A stretch of 64,000 bases of DNA from an uncultured Solirubrobacterales bacterium (GTDB taxonomy: Bacteria > Actinomycetota > Thermoleophilia > Solirubrobacterales > Solirubrobacteraceae), in NCBI GenBank assembly GCA_963748585.1, contig CAVVJR010000002.1, positions 8,468 through 72,467 on the forward strand. The letters run 5' to 3'. Position 1 is the first letter of the stretch, and every line of letters begins with the position of its first letter. Positions 38,998 to 51,067 of the stretch are shown in pieces. Made by a program: the position numbers and the translations under genes. The notes below the pieces were generated by a model. The model had not been told where the DNA came from, searched no databases, and worked only from the letters and a program-made list of their open reading frames with translations.

Positions 38998-40926
38998 ATG
39001 TGCGGGATCTGCGGCAGCTACGACTACTCGCGCGCCGCGTCGGGTGCGGCGGCCGATCCGGCCCTGCTCGAGAAGATGAACGCCACCCTGGCCCACCGCG
39101 GTCCCGACGGCGGCGGAGTTCACGTCGACGGGGCCGCCGGCCTGGCCGCGCGGCGGCTGGCCATCATCGATCTCGCCCACGGCGACCAGCCGATGACGGC
39201 CGCCGACGGGGCGGTGTGCGTGGTCCAGAACGGCGAGATCTTCAACTACCCGGAGCTGCGGCGGGAGCTCGAGGCAGACGGAGCGCGCTTTCGCACCCAC
39301 TGCGACACCGAGGTCCTGCTGCACCTCTACCTACGCGATGGGCCCGGGTTCGTGGCCAGGCTGCGCGGGATGTTCGCGGTGGCGCTGTGGGACCGGCGCG
39401 AGCGGCGATTGCTGCTGGCCCGGGACAGGTTCGGAATCAAGCCGCTGTACTACTCGGACGTCGACGGCCGGCTGACCTTCGCCTCCGAGCTCAAGGCGCT
39501 GCTGCGTGATCCGTCGTTCTCGCGCTCGGTCGACCGTGAGGCGCTGCACTCGTACCTGGCCTTCAACTCGATCCCGGCCCCGCTGACCATCTTCGAAGCA
39601 GCACGCAAGCTCCCGCCCGGCCATCTGCTCACCTGCACGCCCTCGGGGTCGCGCGTCGAGCGGTTTGCGCGGCCCACCCCCGCACGAGCGGATTCGCTGC
39701 GCTCCGAGAGCGCCGAGACGCTGGCCGAGGAGCTGCGCGAGCGCCTGCGCGACTCGGTCAGCGCCCACCTCCTGTCCGACGTGCCGGTCGGCGTGCTGCT
39801 GTCCGGCGGCGTCGACTCCTCGACCCTGGCCGCGCTGGCCGCCACAACCTCCTCGGAAAGGGTCTCGACCTTCTCGATCGGCTTCCGCGAGCGGTCGTTC
39901 AACGAGCTCGACCTGGCGCGCGAGGTCGCCCGGCGCTACGACACCGACCACCACGAGCTGGTCGTCTCGCCCTCGGTGGCCGAGCTGCTGCCCGAGATCG
40001 TCGGCGCCTTCGACGAGCCGTTCGCCGACTCCTCGGCCGTTCCCACCTACCTGGTCTCGAAGCTGGCCGCCGAGCACGTCAAGGTCGTGCTCTCGGGCGA
40101 GGGCGGCGACGAGCTGTTCGGGGGCTATGAGACCTACGTGGCCGATCAGCTGGCGCGCTGGGTGGGCCCGGCGGCAGCGCGGCTCGCGCCGGTCGTCGAC
40201 CGGCTGCCAAGCTCGAACGCCCGGGTCAGCCTGGAGTACCGGGCCCGGCGGTTCACCCGCGCCGCCGCGCTTCCCCCGCTCGAGCGCCACCACGGCTGGA
40301 AGGAGATCTTCAGTGGCACGCAGCGGGCCGACTTGCTCACCCCCGGATGGCAGGACCCGCGCGCCGACCCGCTGGACCCGTGGCGGCGGCGGTTCGCCGA
40401 GACCGAGGGCGCGCCCATGCTCGCCCGGCTCCAGGACGTCGACCTGGGCATCTACCTGGCCGACGACCTCCTGGTCAAGACCGACCGGATGAGCATGGTC
40501 CATTCGCTCGAGGCGCGGGTGCCGTTCCTCGACCCGGTCGTGGCCGAGCTGGCGATGGCCCTGCCCACGGCCCAGAAGGTGCGCGGGCTGGCCAAGAAGC
40601 GGCTGCTCCGCCGGGCCGCCGCGCCGCTCATCCCCCCGGCCATCGCCCGGGCGCGCAAGCGAGGCTTCTCGATCCCCGCCGCCGCATGGCTCCGGGGCGA
40701 GCTCGAGCCGTTCGCGCGCGAGGTGCTCTCGCCGCAGCGAATCCGCTCCCAGGGCTACTTCGAGCCCGCGGCGGTGACCGGACTCCTGAACGAGCACGTG
40801 GCTCGCCGGCAGGACAACAGCCGTCAGCTGTGGGGGTTGATCTCGTTCTCGCTCTGGGCCGAGCAGCTCGAAGCCGGCCGGACGGGCAGCCGCGGATTGG
40901 CCGCCCCCACCGCCACCGGGAGCTAG
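38998..40926 (+). CDS. asnB: asparagine synthase (glutamine-hydrolysing) family amidotransferase
   Basis: MCGICG, HRGPD, NGEIFN, LSGGVDSS, LSGEGGDELFGGY, SLEARVPFLD. Confidence 0.93.
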   Translation: MCGICGSYDYSRAASGAAADPALLEKMNATLAHRGPDGGGVHVDGAAGLAARRLAIIDLAHGDQPMTAADGAVCVVQNGEIFNYPELRRELEADGARFRTHCDTEVLLHLYLRDGPGFVARLRGMFAVALWDRRERRLLLARDRFGIKPLYYSDVDGRLTFASELKALLRDPSFSRSVDREALHSYLAFNSIPAPLTIFEAARKLPPGHLLTCTPSGSRVERFARPTPARADSLRSESAETLAEELRERLRDSVSAHLLSDVPVGVLLSGGVDSSTLAALAATTSSERVSTFSIGFRERSFNELDLAREVARRYDTDHHELVVSPSVAELLPEIVGAFDEPFADSSAVPTYLVSKLAAEHVKVVLSGEGGDELFGGYETYVADQLARWVGPAAARLAPVVDRLPSSNARVSLEYRARRFTRAAALPPLERHHGWKEIFSGTQRADLLTPGWQDPRADPLDPWRRRFAETEGAPMLARLQDVDLGIYLADDLLVKTDRMSMVHSLEARVPFLDPVVAELAMALPTAQKVRGLAKKRLLRRAAAPLIPPAIARARKRGFSIPAAAWLRGELEPFAREVLSPQRIRSQGYFEPAAVTGLLNEHVARRQDNSRQLWGLISFSLWAEQLEAGRTGSRGLAAPTATGS

Positions 40927-40985
40927 GTCGGGGTCGCGGCCGCCTAGGTCGCGGTCCGCCGCCCTAGGTCGCGGTCGCGCCGCCC
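40923..40985. repeat. three imperfect ~21-bp repeats starting ctaggtcg between convergent genes
   Basis: ctaggtcggggtcgcggccgc / ctaggtcgcggtccgccgcc / ctaggtcgcggtcgcgccgcc. Confidence 0.65.
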
Positions 40986-42514
40986 CCGGGTCGGCGCACG
41001 CTGGCGGCCCCGGCCGCACCGACCGCACCGGCGCGCTCGACCCCGCTTCGGACCGCCGACTCGACCGCGGTCAGCGGCTTGGCGATCCCCTCCAGCCCGC
41101 GGCGTTCGGCCTTGACGCCGAACGCGATCTCCAGCACGCCGCCGACGATCATCAGACCCGCACCGAGCGCCAGCGCCGCGAACACGGGACCCGTCTTGTT
41201 CGTGGCTACGAGCGGCCCGAAGATCAGCGGCCCGAAGCCACCGATGCCCGTGCCGACGGCATAGAACAGCGCGATGGCCAGCGCTCGGGTCTCCATCGGG
41301 AAGATCTCGCTCACGGTCAGGTAGGCCGCGCTCACGCCGGCCGAGGCGAAGAAGAACACGACGCACCAGGCGGCGGTCAGCGATGCTGCCGTGAGCTCGC
41401 GCTGGTCGAACAGGTAGCCCGTGATCAGGAGCAACACCCCGGAGAGGATGTACGTGCCCGCGATCATCGGCTTGCGCCCCACGGTGTCGAACAGCTTGCC
41501 CAGCACGAGCGGCCCGGTGAGGTTGCCGATCGCGAATGCGACCAGGTAATACGGCGCATTCGCCTTGCCGACCCCGAAGAACGTCGACAGCAGGGTGGCG
41601 TAGCCGAACAGGATCGAGTTGTAGAGGAACGCCTGGCCGATGAACAAGCCCAGCCCGAGGACGGTTCGCTTGGGATACGTGGCCACGATCCCGCGCGCGA
41701 TCTCGAACAGGCCGATCGAGCGCCGCTGCCGGATCGTGATCACGTCGTCGGGATCGACCTCGGGAAGCGGACCTTCGGTCGACTCCATGACCTGGCGCTC
41801 GATGTCCTGAGTGACCGCCTCGGCTTCCTCTTCGCGACCGTGGATGAACAGCCAGCGCGGGCTCTCGGGAACATGCCGGCGCACGATGAGGATGGCCAGG
41901 CCGAGGATGAAACCGAGCCCGAAGCACACCCGCCACTGCAGCAGCGGCGCGAAGATGTGGAGTGCGGCCACCGACAGCAGCGCGCCCGCCGCGGCCCCGG
42001 CCCAGTAGGTGCCGTTGATGATGATGTCGATCCGGCCGCGGTGATTGGCCGGGATCAGCTCATCGATGGCCGAATTGATCGCGCTGTACTCGCCTCCGAT
42101 GCCCATGCCGGTGACAAAGCGGCAGGCGTAGAACCAGATCGGGGTCCAGGCGAAGGCGGTGGCGACCACCGCGGCCAGGTAGACCCCGAGCGTGATCATG
42201 AACAAACGTTTGCGTCCGAAGATGTCGGTGAGGCGGCCGAACAGCAACGCGCCCACGCACGCGCCGACCACGTAACACGTGGCGGCGAGCCCGGCGACGT
42301 TGGCGGCGGAGATGTTGATGCCGCTGCCCTTGGCCGAGATCGCGCCCGCGATCGAGCTGACGACGGTGACCTCGAGCCCGTCCAGGATCCACACCGTCCC
42401 CAGGCCGATGAGGATGCGCCAGTGCCACCTCGACCACGGCAGCCGGTCGAGCCGGGCCGGGATGTTCGTCTCGATCGTCCTCAGCTGATTTGTCGGCGCC
42501 GTCAGTGTCGCCAT
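40964..42514 (-). CDS. MFS transporter
   Basis: ARLDRLPWSRWH, GRLTDIFGRKRLF, GGEYSAINSAIDE, SEIFPMETR. Confidence 0.95.
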   Translation of the reverse strand: MATLTAPTNQLRTIETNIPARLDRLPWSRWHWRILIGLGTVWILDGLEVTVVSSIAGAISAKGSGINISAANVAGLAATCYVVGACVGALLFGRLTDIFGRKRLFMITLGVYLAAVVATAFAWTPIWFYACRFVTGMGIGGEYSAINSAIDELIPANHRGRIDIIINGTYWAGAAAGALLSVAALHIFAPLLQWRVCFGLGFILGLAILIVRRHVPESPRWLFIHGREEEAEAVTQDIERQVMESTEGPLPEVDPDDVITIRQRRSIGLFEIARGIVATYPKRTVLGLGLFIGQAFLYNSILFGYATLLSTFFGVGKANAPYYLVAFAIGNLTGPLVLGKLFDTVGRKPMIAGTYILSGVLLLITGYLFDQRELTAASLTAAWCVVFFFASAGVSAAYLTVSEIFPMETRALAIALFYAVGTGIGGFGPLIFGPLVATNKTGPVFAALALGAGLMIVGGVLEIAFGVKAERRGLEGIAKPLTAVESAVRSGVERAGAVGAAGAASVRRPGGGATAT

Positions 42515-42601
42515 ATGCCCGTACCTCCTGTGTGTCCGAACGGCGAAGGCGGTACTACCCCCCGGACCGGCCGCGCAAATCGCGCCGCCACGCAGGCGGA
42601 T

Positions 42602-43555
42602 TCAGGGCGTCAGATCCCCGACCAAACTCGCCGCCGGCCGGACATCGTGCAGCCGGCTCACTCCCGTCCCCGCGTACAGCGGGCCGGCGTCCACGAGCCC
42701 GGGCGGCCCGTCGACCGTGGCCGGCTCGGGGCTGAGGAAGGGCAGGGCCGCGCGCTGGGCGGCCAGGGCCCGGGCCTGCAGCCTCGCCGGCACCCGGGCC
42801 GCGATCGGCGCGGTAGCGCGGTTGGCCATCCGCAACCACCCCGGCGCCCGGCCTGAGCCGGAATCGAGCCACCGCTCGGTGGCCGCGTTGGGGATGACCC
42901 GGTGCGGCGCGCCCGGCCACCCGAGGCCGAACAGCTCGGTCAGCACGGTCGTGTCCGCTTCGATGCACCGGCGCTTGTACTCCGGGTGGGCGCGGCTCTC
43001 CTCGCTGACCAGGAAGCGGGTGCCGACCACGGCCGCGGCCGCGCCGGCCTCCAGGGCCGCCGCCACGCCGCCCCGGTCGACGATCGCCCCGGCCAGCAGG
43101 ACGGGCACGCCGACCGCGTCCCGGATCTGCTCCAGCAGCTCGAACCCGGGGCTCGTGCCGCGCACGTGCCCCCCGGCCTCAACCCCCTGCGCGATCACCG
43201 CGTCGGCACCGGCATGCGCGGCCGCCCGGGCCTCATCGACCGAGCCGCATTGATGGATCCAGAGCGAGCGAGCCAGCCGGCGCGGTCGGCCCCAGAAGGT
43301 CACGATCGCATCGGCGTCCGCCGCGGCCTCGACGTCGCCGCGCCTCACGAACGGCAGCAGCAGGTTGACGGCCAGCGGTCGGCCGGTGAGCCTCCGCGCG
43401 GCCGCGAGCTCGCGCCCGATCGGCGCGCGGGCGCCGCCGATCGTCCCCAGGCCACCGGCCTCGGACACGGCCGCGGCGAGCTCGTGGCCGGCCACCGACC
43501 CCATCCCGGCCTGGATGACCGGTCCGGAGAGATCGCGGAGGTCGAGCGCCGGCAT
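42602..43555 (-). CDS. nitronate monooxygenase / FabK-like flavoprotein
   Basis: PVIQAGMG, AVSEAGGLG, QGVEAGGH, GTRFLVSEES. Confidence 0.9.
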   Translation of the reverse strand: MPALDLRDLSGPVIQAGMGSVAGHELAAAVSEAGGLGTIGGARAPIGRELAAARRLTGRPLAVNLLLPFVRRGDVEAAADADAIVTFWGRPRRLARSLWIHQCGSVDEARAAAHAGADAVIAQGVEAGGHVRGTSPGFELLEQIRDAVGVPVLLAGAIVDRGGVAAALEAGAAAAVVGTRFLVSEESRAHPEYKRRCIEADTTVLTELFGLGWPGAPHRVIPNAATERWLDSGSGRAPGWLRMANRATAPIAARVPARLQARALAAQRAALPFLSPEPATVDGPPGLVDAGPLYAGTGVSRLHDVRPAASLVGDLTP

Positions 43556-43560
43556 CCGCT

Positions 43561-45639
<2,079 letters not shown>

Positions 45640-45800
45640 TTATCGGGCCGGCCCCACGCGCTCCGCGTCGCCACCGTCATCCCGATGTCCGGGTGCCGAC
45701 CAGACGCGGTAGAAGCCCATAGCCCGCGAGCCACGGCCCGATTGACCGTCCCCCACCCGGGTAGCCAACCAGGCGACCAGGAACGAGCGAAGGGACGGCG

Positions 45801-47591
45801 ATGGCTGACAAGACGACAGGGCAGTTCGTGCTCGAGCGGCTGGCCGACGAATGGGGCATCAAGCGGATCTACGGCTATCCCGGCGACGGCATCAACGGCC
45901 TTATCGGCGGCTTCCACCACGTCGGCGACCGGCTCGAGTTCATTCAGACCCGGCACGAGGAGATCGCCTCGTTTGCGGCCTGCGCCCACGCCAAGTTCAC
46001 CGGCGAGGTCGGCGTGTGCATGGCCACCTCCGGTCCCGGCGCCATCCATCTGCTCAACGGGCTCTACGACGCCAAGCTCGACCACCAGCCGGTGGTGGCG
46101 ATCATCGGCCAGCAGGCCCGGATGTCGCTCGGCTCCGAGTACCAGCAGGAGGTCGACCTCGACAGCCTGTACAAGGACGTGGCCTCGGAGTTCGTCCAGG
46201 TGTGCATGGTCCCCGAGCAGGCCCAGCACCTGATCGACCGCGCAATGCGGATCGCCAAGGCCACCCGCTCGCCCACCTGCATCATCATCCCCAACGACGT
46301 CCAGGAGCTGCCCTACAGCGCACCGCCCCGCGCTCACGGCGCGGTTCCCTCCTCGGGCGCGGCGATCCTCAAGCCCCACGTCGTCCCCTCCGAGCCGGCG
46401 CTGCAGCAGGCGGCCGAGATTCTCAACTCAGGCCAGAAGGTGGCCATGCTGGTCGGCCAGGGCGGCAAGGGCGCATTGGCCGAGATCGAGCAGGTGGCCG
46501 ATCTGCTCGGCGCCTGCTCCGCGCGGGCGCTGAACGGCCGCGCGGTGCTCCCCGATGACCGCCCGTGGGTGACCGGCTCGATCGGCCTGCTCGGGACCAA
46601 GCCCTCCTATGACCTGATGGAGGGCTGCGACACGCTGCTGATGATCGGCTCGAACTTCCCCTACTCCGAGTGGCTGCCCGAGCCGGGCAAGGCGCGAGGG
46701 GTCCAGATCGACATCGACGCTCGGCTGATCGGGAACCGCTACCCGATGGAGGTCAACCTGGTCGGCGACGCGACCGACACGCTGCGGGCGCTGATCCCGC
46801 TGCTCAAGCGCAAGGAGGACCGCTCGTGGCGGACCGAGATCGAAGGCCAGATCGAGCGGTGGTGGCGGATCCTCGACGAGCAGGCCCAGCAGCCGGCCAA
46901 TCCGATCAACCCCCAGCTCGTCTTCCACGAGCTCAGCTCACGGCTGCCCGACCGGGCGATCCTGACCTCCGACTCGGGCTCGGGCACGGACTGGTGGGCC
47001 CGGCACGTGCGGGTCCGCGAGGACATGATGGCCGGCCTGTCGGGCACCCTGGCCACGATGTGCCCGGCGATCCCGTACGCGTTGGCGGCCAAGTTCGCCC
47101 ATCCCGACCGCCCGGTGATCGCCAACATCGGCGACGGCGCGTTCCAGATGCTCGGGGTCAACGCGCTGATGGACATCGCCCGCTACGCCCCGCGGTGGAC
47201 CGACCAGCGGCTGGTCATCGCGGTGCTCCACAACGACGACCTCAACCAGGTGACCTGGGAGCAGCGGGTGATGTCGGGCGATCCGAAGCTCGACGCCTCC
47301 CAGGTCCTGCCCGACTTCGACTACGCCGGCTACGCGCGGCTGCTCGGGCTGCACGGCGCGCGGGTGGAGGATCCGGCCCAGATCGGCCAGGCCTGGGACG
47401 CCGCGCTGGCCGCGGGCAAGCCGGCCCTGATCGAGTTCATCACCGACCCCGAGGTGCCGCCGCTGCCGCCCCACATCAACTTCGAGCAGGCCAAGGAGAT
47501 CTCGCACGCGATCATGAAGGGCGACCCCGCGGCGCCGCACTTCATGCGCGAGTCGATCCGCGGCAAGCTGGCCGAGTTCCTCACGCGTTGA
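45801..47591 (+). CDS. thiamine pyrophosphate-requiring enzyme (pyruvate oxidase/dehydrogenase-like)
   Basis: YGYPGDGIN, QTRHEE, TSGPGAIHL, GDGAFQM...HNDDLN. Confidence 0.93.
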   Translation: MADKTTGQFVLERLADEWGIKRIYGYPGDGINGLIGGFHHVGDRLEFIQTRHEEIASFAACAHAKFTGEVGVCMATSGPGAIHLLNGLYDAKLDHQPVVAIIGQQARMSLGSEYQQEVDLDSLYKDVASEFVQVCMVPEQAQHLIDRAMRIAKATRSPTCIIIPNDVQELPYSAPPRAHGAVPSSGAAILKPHVVPSEPALQQAAEILNSGQKVAMLVGQGGKGALAEIEQVADLLGACSARALNGRAVLPDDRPWVTGSIGLLGTKPSYDLMEGCDTLLMIGSNFPYSEWLPEPGKARGVQIDIDARLIGNRYPMEVNLVGDATDTLRALIPLLKRKEDRSWRTEIEGQIERWWRILDEQAQQPANPINPQLVFHELSSRLPDRAILTSDSGSGTDWWARHVRVREDMMAGLSGTLATMCPAIPYALAAKFAHPDRPVIANIGDGAFQMLGVNALMDIARYAPRWTDQRLVIAVLHNDDLNQVTWEQRVMSGDPKLDASQVLPDFDYAGYARLLGLHGARVEDPAQIGQAWDAALAAGKPALIEFITDPEVPPLPPHINFEQAKEISHAIMKGDPAAPHFMRESIRGKLAEFLTR

Positions 47592-47648
47592 TTGGGGCCG
47601 CGCCCGGGCCGGCATGTTCGCCGTCGGGCGAACTGCCAATGCCCCGCG

Positions 47649-48242
47649 TTAGCGGGGCGCGGCGTCCGTGGGGCCGGGCGGGCCCGTCCGGACCGGTTCG
47701 AGGTCAGCCTCGAGCTCGGCCTCGAGCTCAGCCAGGTGCCGGGCGGCCCAGGCGTGGTACTCGGCTCCCATCCGCCCGACCACGACCGGGAAGCGCAGGC
47801 CGGCGGCGCGCATGGCCTCGCCGATGGGAATGATCTCCTCGCGAAACTCGCGCTCGGCCTCCTCAGCCCGCGCCCGGAGCCGGCGCACCAGCGCGAGCGC
47901 ATCCGCGGGTGGAAGGTGATCGGCGAACGCGAGCCGGAGCAGTCCCTCGTCGCGGAGCTCCATCGGCGGCACCCGCGTGCGCCGGAGCCATCCCAGTAGC
48001 GCCCGCTCGCCCTTCCCGGTCAGCGTATAGGCGCGGCGCCGGCGGGCGCCATGCGGGTCATCGCGCCCGGTCAGGTAGCCATCGCGCTCGAGCTGGGCGA
48101 GCTCGGGGTAGATCTGGGCCAGCGCGGTGGCGAAGAACATCGGCATGCGCTGGCGGTCGATGAACTGCCGGATCGCGTAGCCGGTGCCCACGCCGCCGCG
48201 GACCAGCCCGAGGATCAGGTAGTTGCTCGGCTTCAGCGCCAT
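47649..48242 (-). CDS. PadR family transcriptional regulator
   Basis: LILGLV..GTGYAI, QIYPELAQLE, YTLTGKG, LRDEGLLRL. Confidence 0.9.
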   Translation of the reverse strand: MALKPSNYLILGLVRGGVGTGYAIRQFIDRQRMPMFFATALAQIYPELAQLERDGYLTGRDDPHGARRRRAYTLTGKGERALLGWLRRTRVPPMELRDEGLLRLAFADHLPPADALALVRRLRARAEEAEREFREEIIPIGEAMRAAGLRFPVVVGRMGAEYHAWAARHLAELEAELEADLEPVRTGPPGPTDAAPR

Positions 48243-48314
48243 GGCGGGGATTCTCCGGGCCGCGTCAACCGGGAGAGGCCTCTCTATTGAGTGATGGCCG
48301 GCGATCCGGTTCGA

Positions 48315-49048
48315 TGTGGAGAATGCGCGCGGTTGTGATCTTGGTGGGGGCCGCGGCCGCCCTGCTGATGCCGGCGATGGCGCGGGCGAGCACGGTGAGC
48401 GGGCCGCACGAGACGGTGCAGATCACCACCACGACCAAGCGCCCGGGCACGAGCGCCGGCTTCGGCTACGCCGCGACTTACCGCGGGGGCACGTTGCGGC
48501 GGCTGGTCATCGTCTTGCCGCCCGGCACCCGCACGGATACGAGTGTTCCCGGACAGTGCACGGCCAGCGACACCGAGATCATGCTGATCGGCGAGTCGGC
48601 GTGCCCGGCCTCGGCCCGGGTCGGCAGCGGGGCGGTCACCGTGCAGCAGTTCGGGCTCGGGGAGGCGACGTACAACTCAGTGCTCTACAACGCTCCCGGC
48701 CAGCAGCTCGAGCTGGTCGAGTCGGGCCCGCGTGTGATCTCGGTCGTCCACACCTACCTCCACGGCACCACGCTCGACGGTCCGGTTCCCACGTGCGTGA
48801 CCGGCGGCAACCCACCCAGCGGCTGCCCGTTCGACCAGGTAACGCTGGTCACCAACCATCTGCAGATGCACGCCGTCTCGAACGGGCACGGTAACTACGG
48901 CACCACGCCGCCGCGCTGCCCGCGCTCACGCGTGTGGACGGGGCATCTGCGCTTCTACTACGCCGACGGCTCGGTCGACCGGCTCACGTATCGCCTTCCG
49001 TGTCGACGCCGAACCACTCACGCAGGCCGGCGCTTCCGGCCTCGGTGA
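48315..49048 (+). CDS. secreted hypothetical protein (Cys-containing)
   Basis: Signal peptide; LPPGTRTDTSVPGQC...ACPASARVGSG; TTPPRCP. Confidence 0.7.
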
Positions 49049-49739
49049 TCACCACCGCGCGGCCGCGCGGCGCCCGCTCGATCCACGCCAGCTCGAACAG
49101 CCGCTGCGCCAGCGCGGCTCCGAGCGCGCCGGCCAGGTGGTGGCGCTGCTCGCTCCAGTCCAGGCAATAGCGCACCAGGGCGCGGCGCCCGGAGCGCAAG
49201 CGATCGACGTCGAGTCCGAACTCGCGCAGGTCGGCCGCCCCGTGCTCGGTCAGCTCGTAGTCGATGTCGTGCCCGGGCGCGGACAGGCGGTCCCCGCCAC
49301 CGAGCGCGAAGCGTCCGTTTCCGCCCGCCAGCGCCCCGCGATCGATCAGCGCCGTCATCAGCCCGACGCCCAAGCGCCCGCCGAGATGGTCGTAGCAGTA
49401 GCGGGCTCGGCGCACGGCATGGGCACGGGTGCCGGCGCGCAGGGAGCGCACGGGCTCCGGCGGCGCGAGCTCGGACAGCGTCTCCAGCAGCGTCGCCACC
49501 TGAGGGCCGGCCAGGCGGTAGTACCGATGACGTCCGTGCACCTCGACGCGGACGAGGCCCGCGTCGAGGAGCTTTCGCAGATGCTCGCTCGCGGTCGAGG
49601 CGGCGACCCCGGCCTCGGCCGCGAGCACGCTTGCGGCCAGGGCACGGCCATCGGTCAGGGCCGTGAGCAGCCGGCAACGGGAGCGGTCGCCGAGCACCGC
49701 ACCGACGGCGGCTATGTCGGCATCGCCGTTCATCGCCAA
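48984..49739 (-). CDS. ArsR/SmtB family regulator with C-terminal extension
   Basis: LGDRSRCRLL, STASEHL, GRHRYYRLA, ARYCYDHLGG, CLDWSEQRHHLAG. Confidence 0.92.
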   Translation of the reverse strand: MAMNGDADIAAVGAVLGDRSRCRLLTALTDGRALAASVLAAEAGVAASTASEHLRKLLDAGLVRVEVHGRHRYYRLAGPQVATLLETLSELAPPEPVRSLRAGTRAHAVRRARYCYDHLGGRLGVGLMTALIDRGALAGGNGRFALGGGDRLSAPGHDIDYELTEHGAADLREFGLDVDRLRSGRRALVRYCLDWSEQRHHLAGALGAALAQRLFELAWIERAPRGRAVVITEAGSAGLREWFGVDTEGDT

Positions 49740-49801
49740 GGTGATGCTAGGCCTGGGATGCTTCGGCCGCGGGCGAAGCGATCGCGTCCCACACTCGGCA
49801 C

Positions 49802-51067
49802 ATGCTCGTCTCGATGTGCGCCGGCTACTTCCTCGTCCTGCTCGACGTGACGATCGTCAACGTGGCCCTGCCGAAGATCGGCAGCGCGCTGCACGCGAGC
49901 GTGGCCGCGCTGCAGTGGACGGTCGACGGATACGCGCTCGCGCTGGCCTCGCTGATGCTGGCGGGCGGGACGCTCGGCGACCGTCACGGCCACAAACGCA
50001 TAGTCCTCGCGGGCCTGGCCCTGTTCGGGGCCGCGTCGGCCGCGTGTGGGGCGGCGCCGAGCGCGCCTGTGCTGGTGGCCGCCCGCGCGCTGCAGGGCGT
50101 CGGCGCCGCGCTCATGCTCCCGGGAACCCTGGCCGTGATCACCCACGCCAACCCGGACGCGCGCCGGCGAGCCCGGGCCATCGGGGCATGGGCCGCGATC
50201 GGCGGGATCGCCCTCCCGGCCGGCCCCGTGCTCGGCGGGGCACTGATCCAGGCCTTCGGCTGGCGGGCGATCTTCTTCGTCAACCTGCCCGTCTGCGCGG
50301 TCGCGCTCGCGGGCGCGGCGCGCACCGTGCGCGAGAGCCGGGATCGGTCGCCCATGCCACTCGATCCCGCCGGGCTCGCCCTGGGCGTGGCCACCCTCGC
50401 CTTGCTCACCTACGCCTTGATCGCCGGCGTCCTCGCCGCCGGGGTCGCAGCCCTGCTGACCGGTGCCGCCTTCGTCGCCGTCGAACGAGGGCGCAAGCAC
50501 CCGATGCTGGCGCTCGAGCTGTTCGGGCACCGTGACTTCACGGTCGCGAATGGTGTCGCCGGCACGATGAACCTGGTCACCCTGGGCCTTCTGTTCGTGG
50601 TCACCCTGTATCTCCAGGACGTCCGGCATTACTCGCCCCTTCATGCCGGGATCGAGCTGCTCCCCCTGTTCGTGCCGCTGAGCCTGATCGCGCCGGTGAG
50701 CGGACGGCTGACCGCCCGCCTGGGCGCGCGGCGGCCCATGCTGGTGGGTCTCCTCCTGGCCACCGGCGGCCTCGTCCTGCTGGCCGGCGGGGTGAGCACG
50801 GGCGCGCTGCTGCTGTGGGGCGGGGGGATCGGCGTGCTCACGCCCGCGGTCGTGGCCGAGGCGGTCGGATCGGTGCCGCGGGGACGGGAGGGTCTCGCCT
50901 CGGCGGTCAACAACACCGCCCGCCAGGCCGGAGGGGCGATCGGCATCGCCGCCTTCGGCGCCCTGGCCGGCGCACCTCACACGCCCGGCTTCGTGACCGG
51001 TCTGCACACCGCGGCGTGGATCGGCGCCGGCCTGTTCGCAGCCGGCGCGCTAGCTTCCGCCCTGTGA
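49802..51067 (+). CDS. DHA2-type MFS transporter
   Basis: LDVTIVNVALP, GTLGDRHGHKR, WRAIFFVNLP. Confidence 0.92.
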   Translation: MLVSMCAGYFLVLLDVTIVNVALPKIGSALHASVAALQWTVDGYALALASLMLAGGTLGDRHGHKRIVLAGLALFGAASAACGAAPSAPVLVAARALQGVGAALMLPGTLAVITHANPDARRRARAIGAWAAIGGIALPAGPVLGGALIQAFGWRAIFFVNLPVCAVALAGAARTVRESRDRSPMPLDPAGLALGVATLALLTYALIAGVLAAGVAALLTGAAFVAVERGRKHPMLALELFGHRDFTVANGVAGTMNLVTLGLLFVVTLYLQDVRHYSPLHAGIELLPLFVPLSLIAPVSGRLTARLGARRPMLVGLLLATGGLVLLAGGVSTGALLLWGGGIGVLTPAVVAEAVGSVPRGREGLASAVNNTARQAGGAIGIAAFGALAGAPHTPGFVTGLHTAAWIGAGLFAAGALASAL

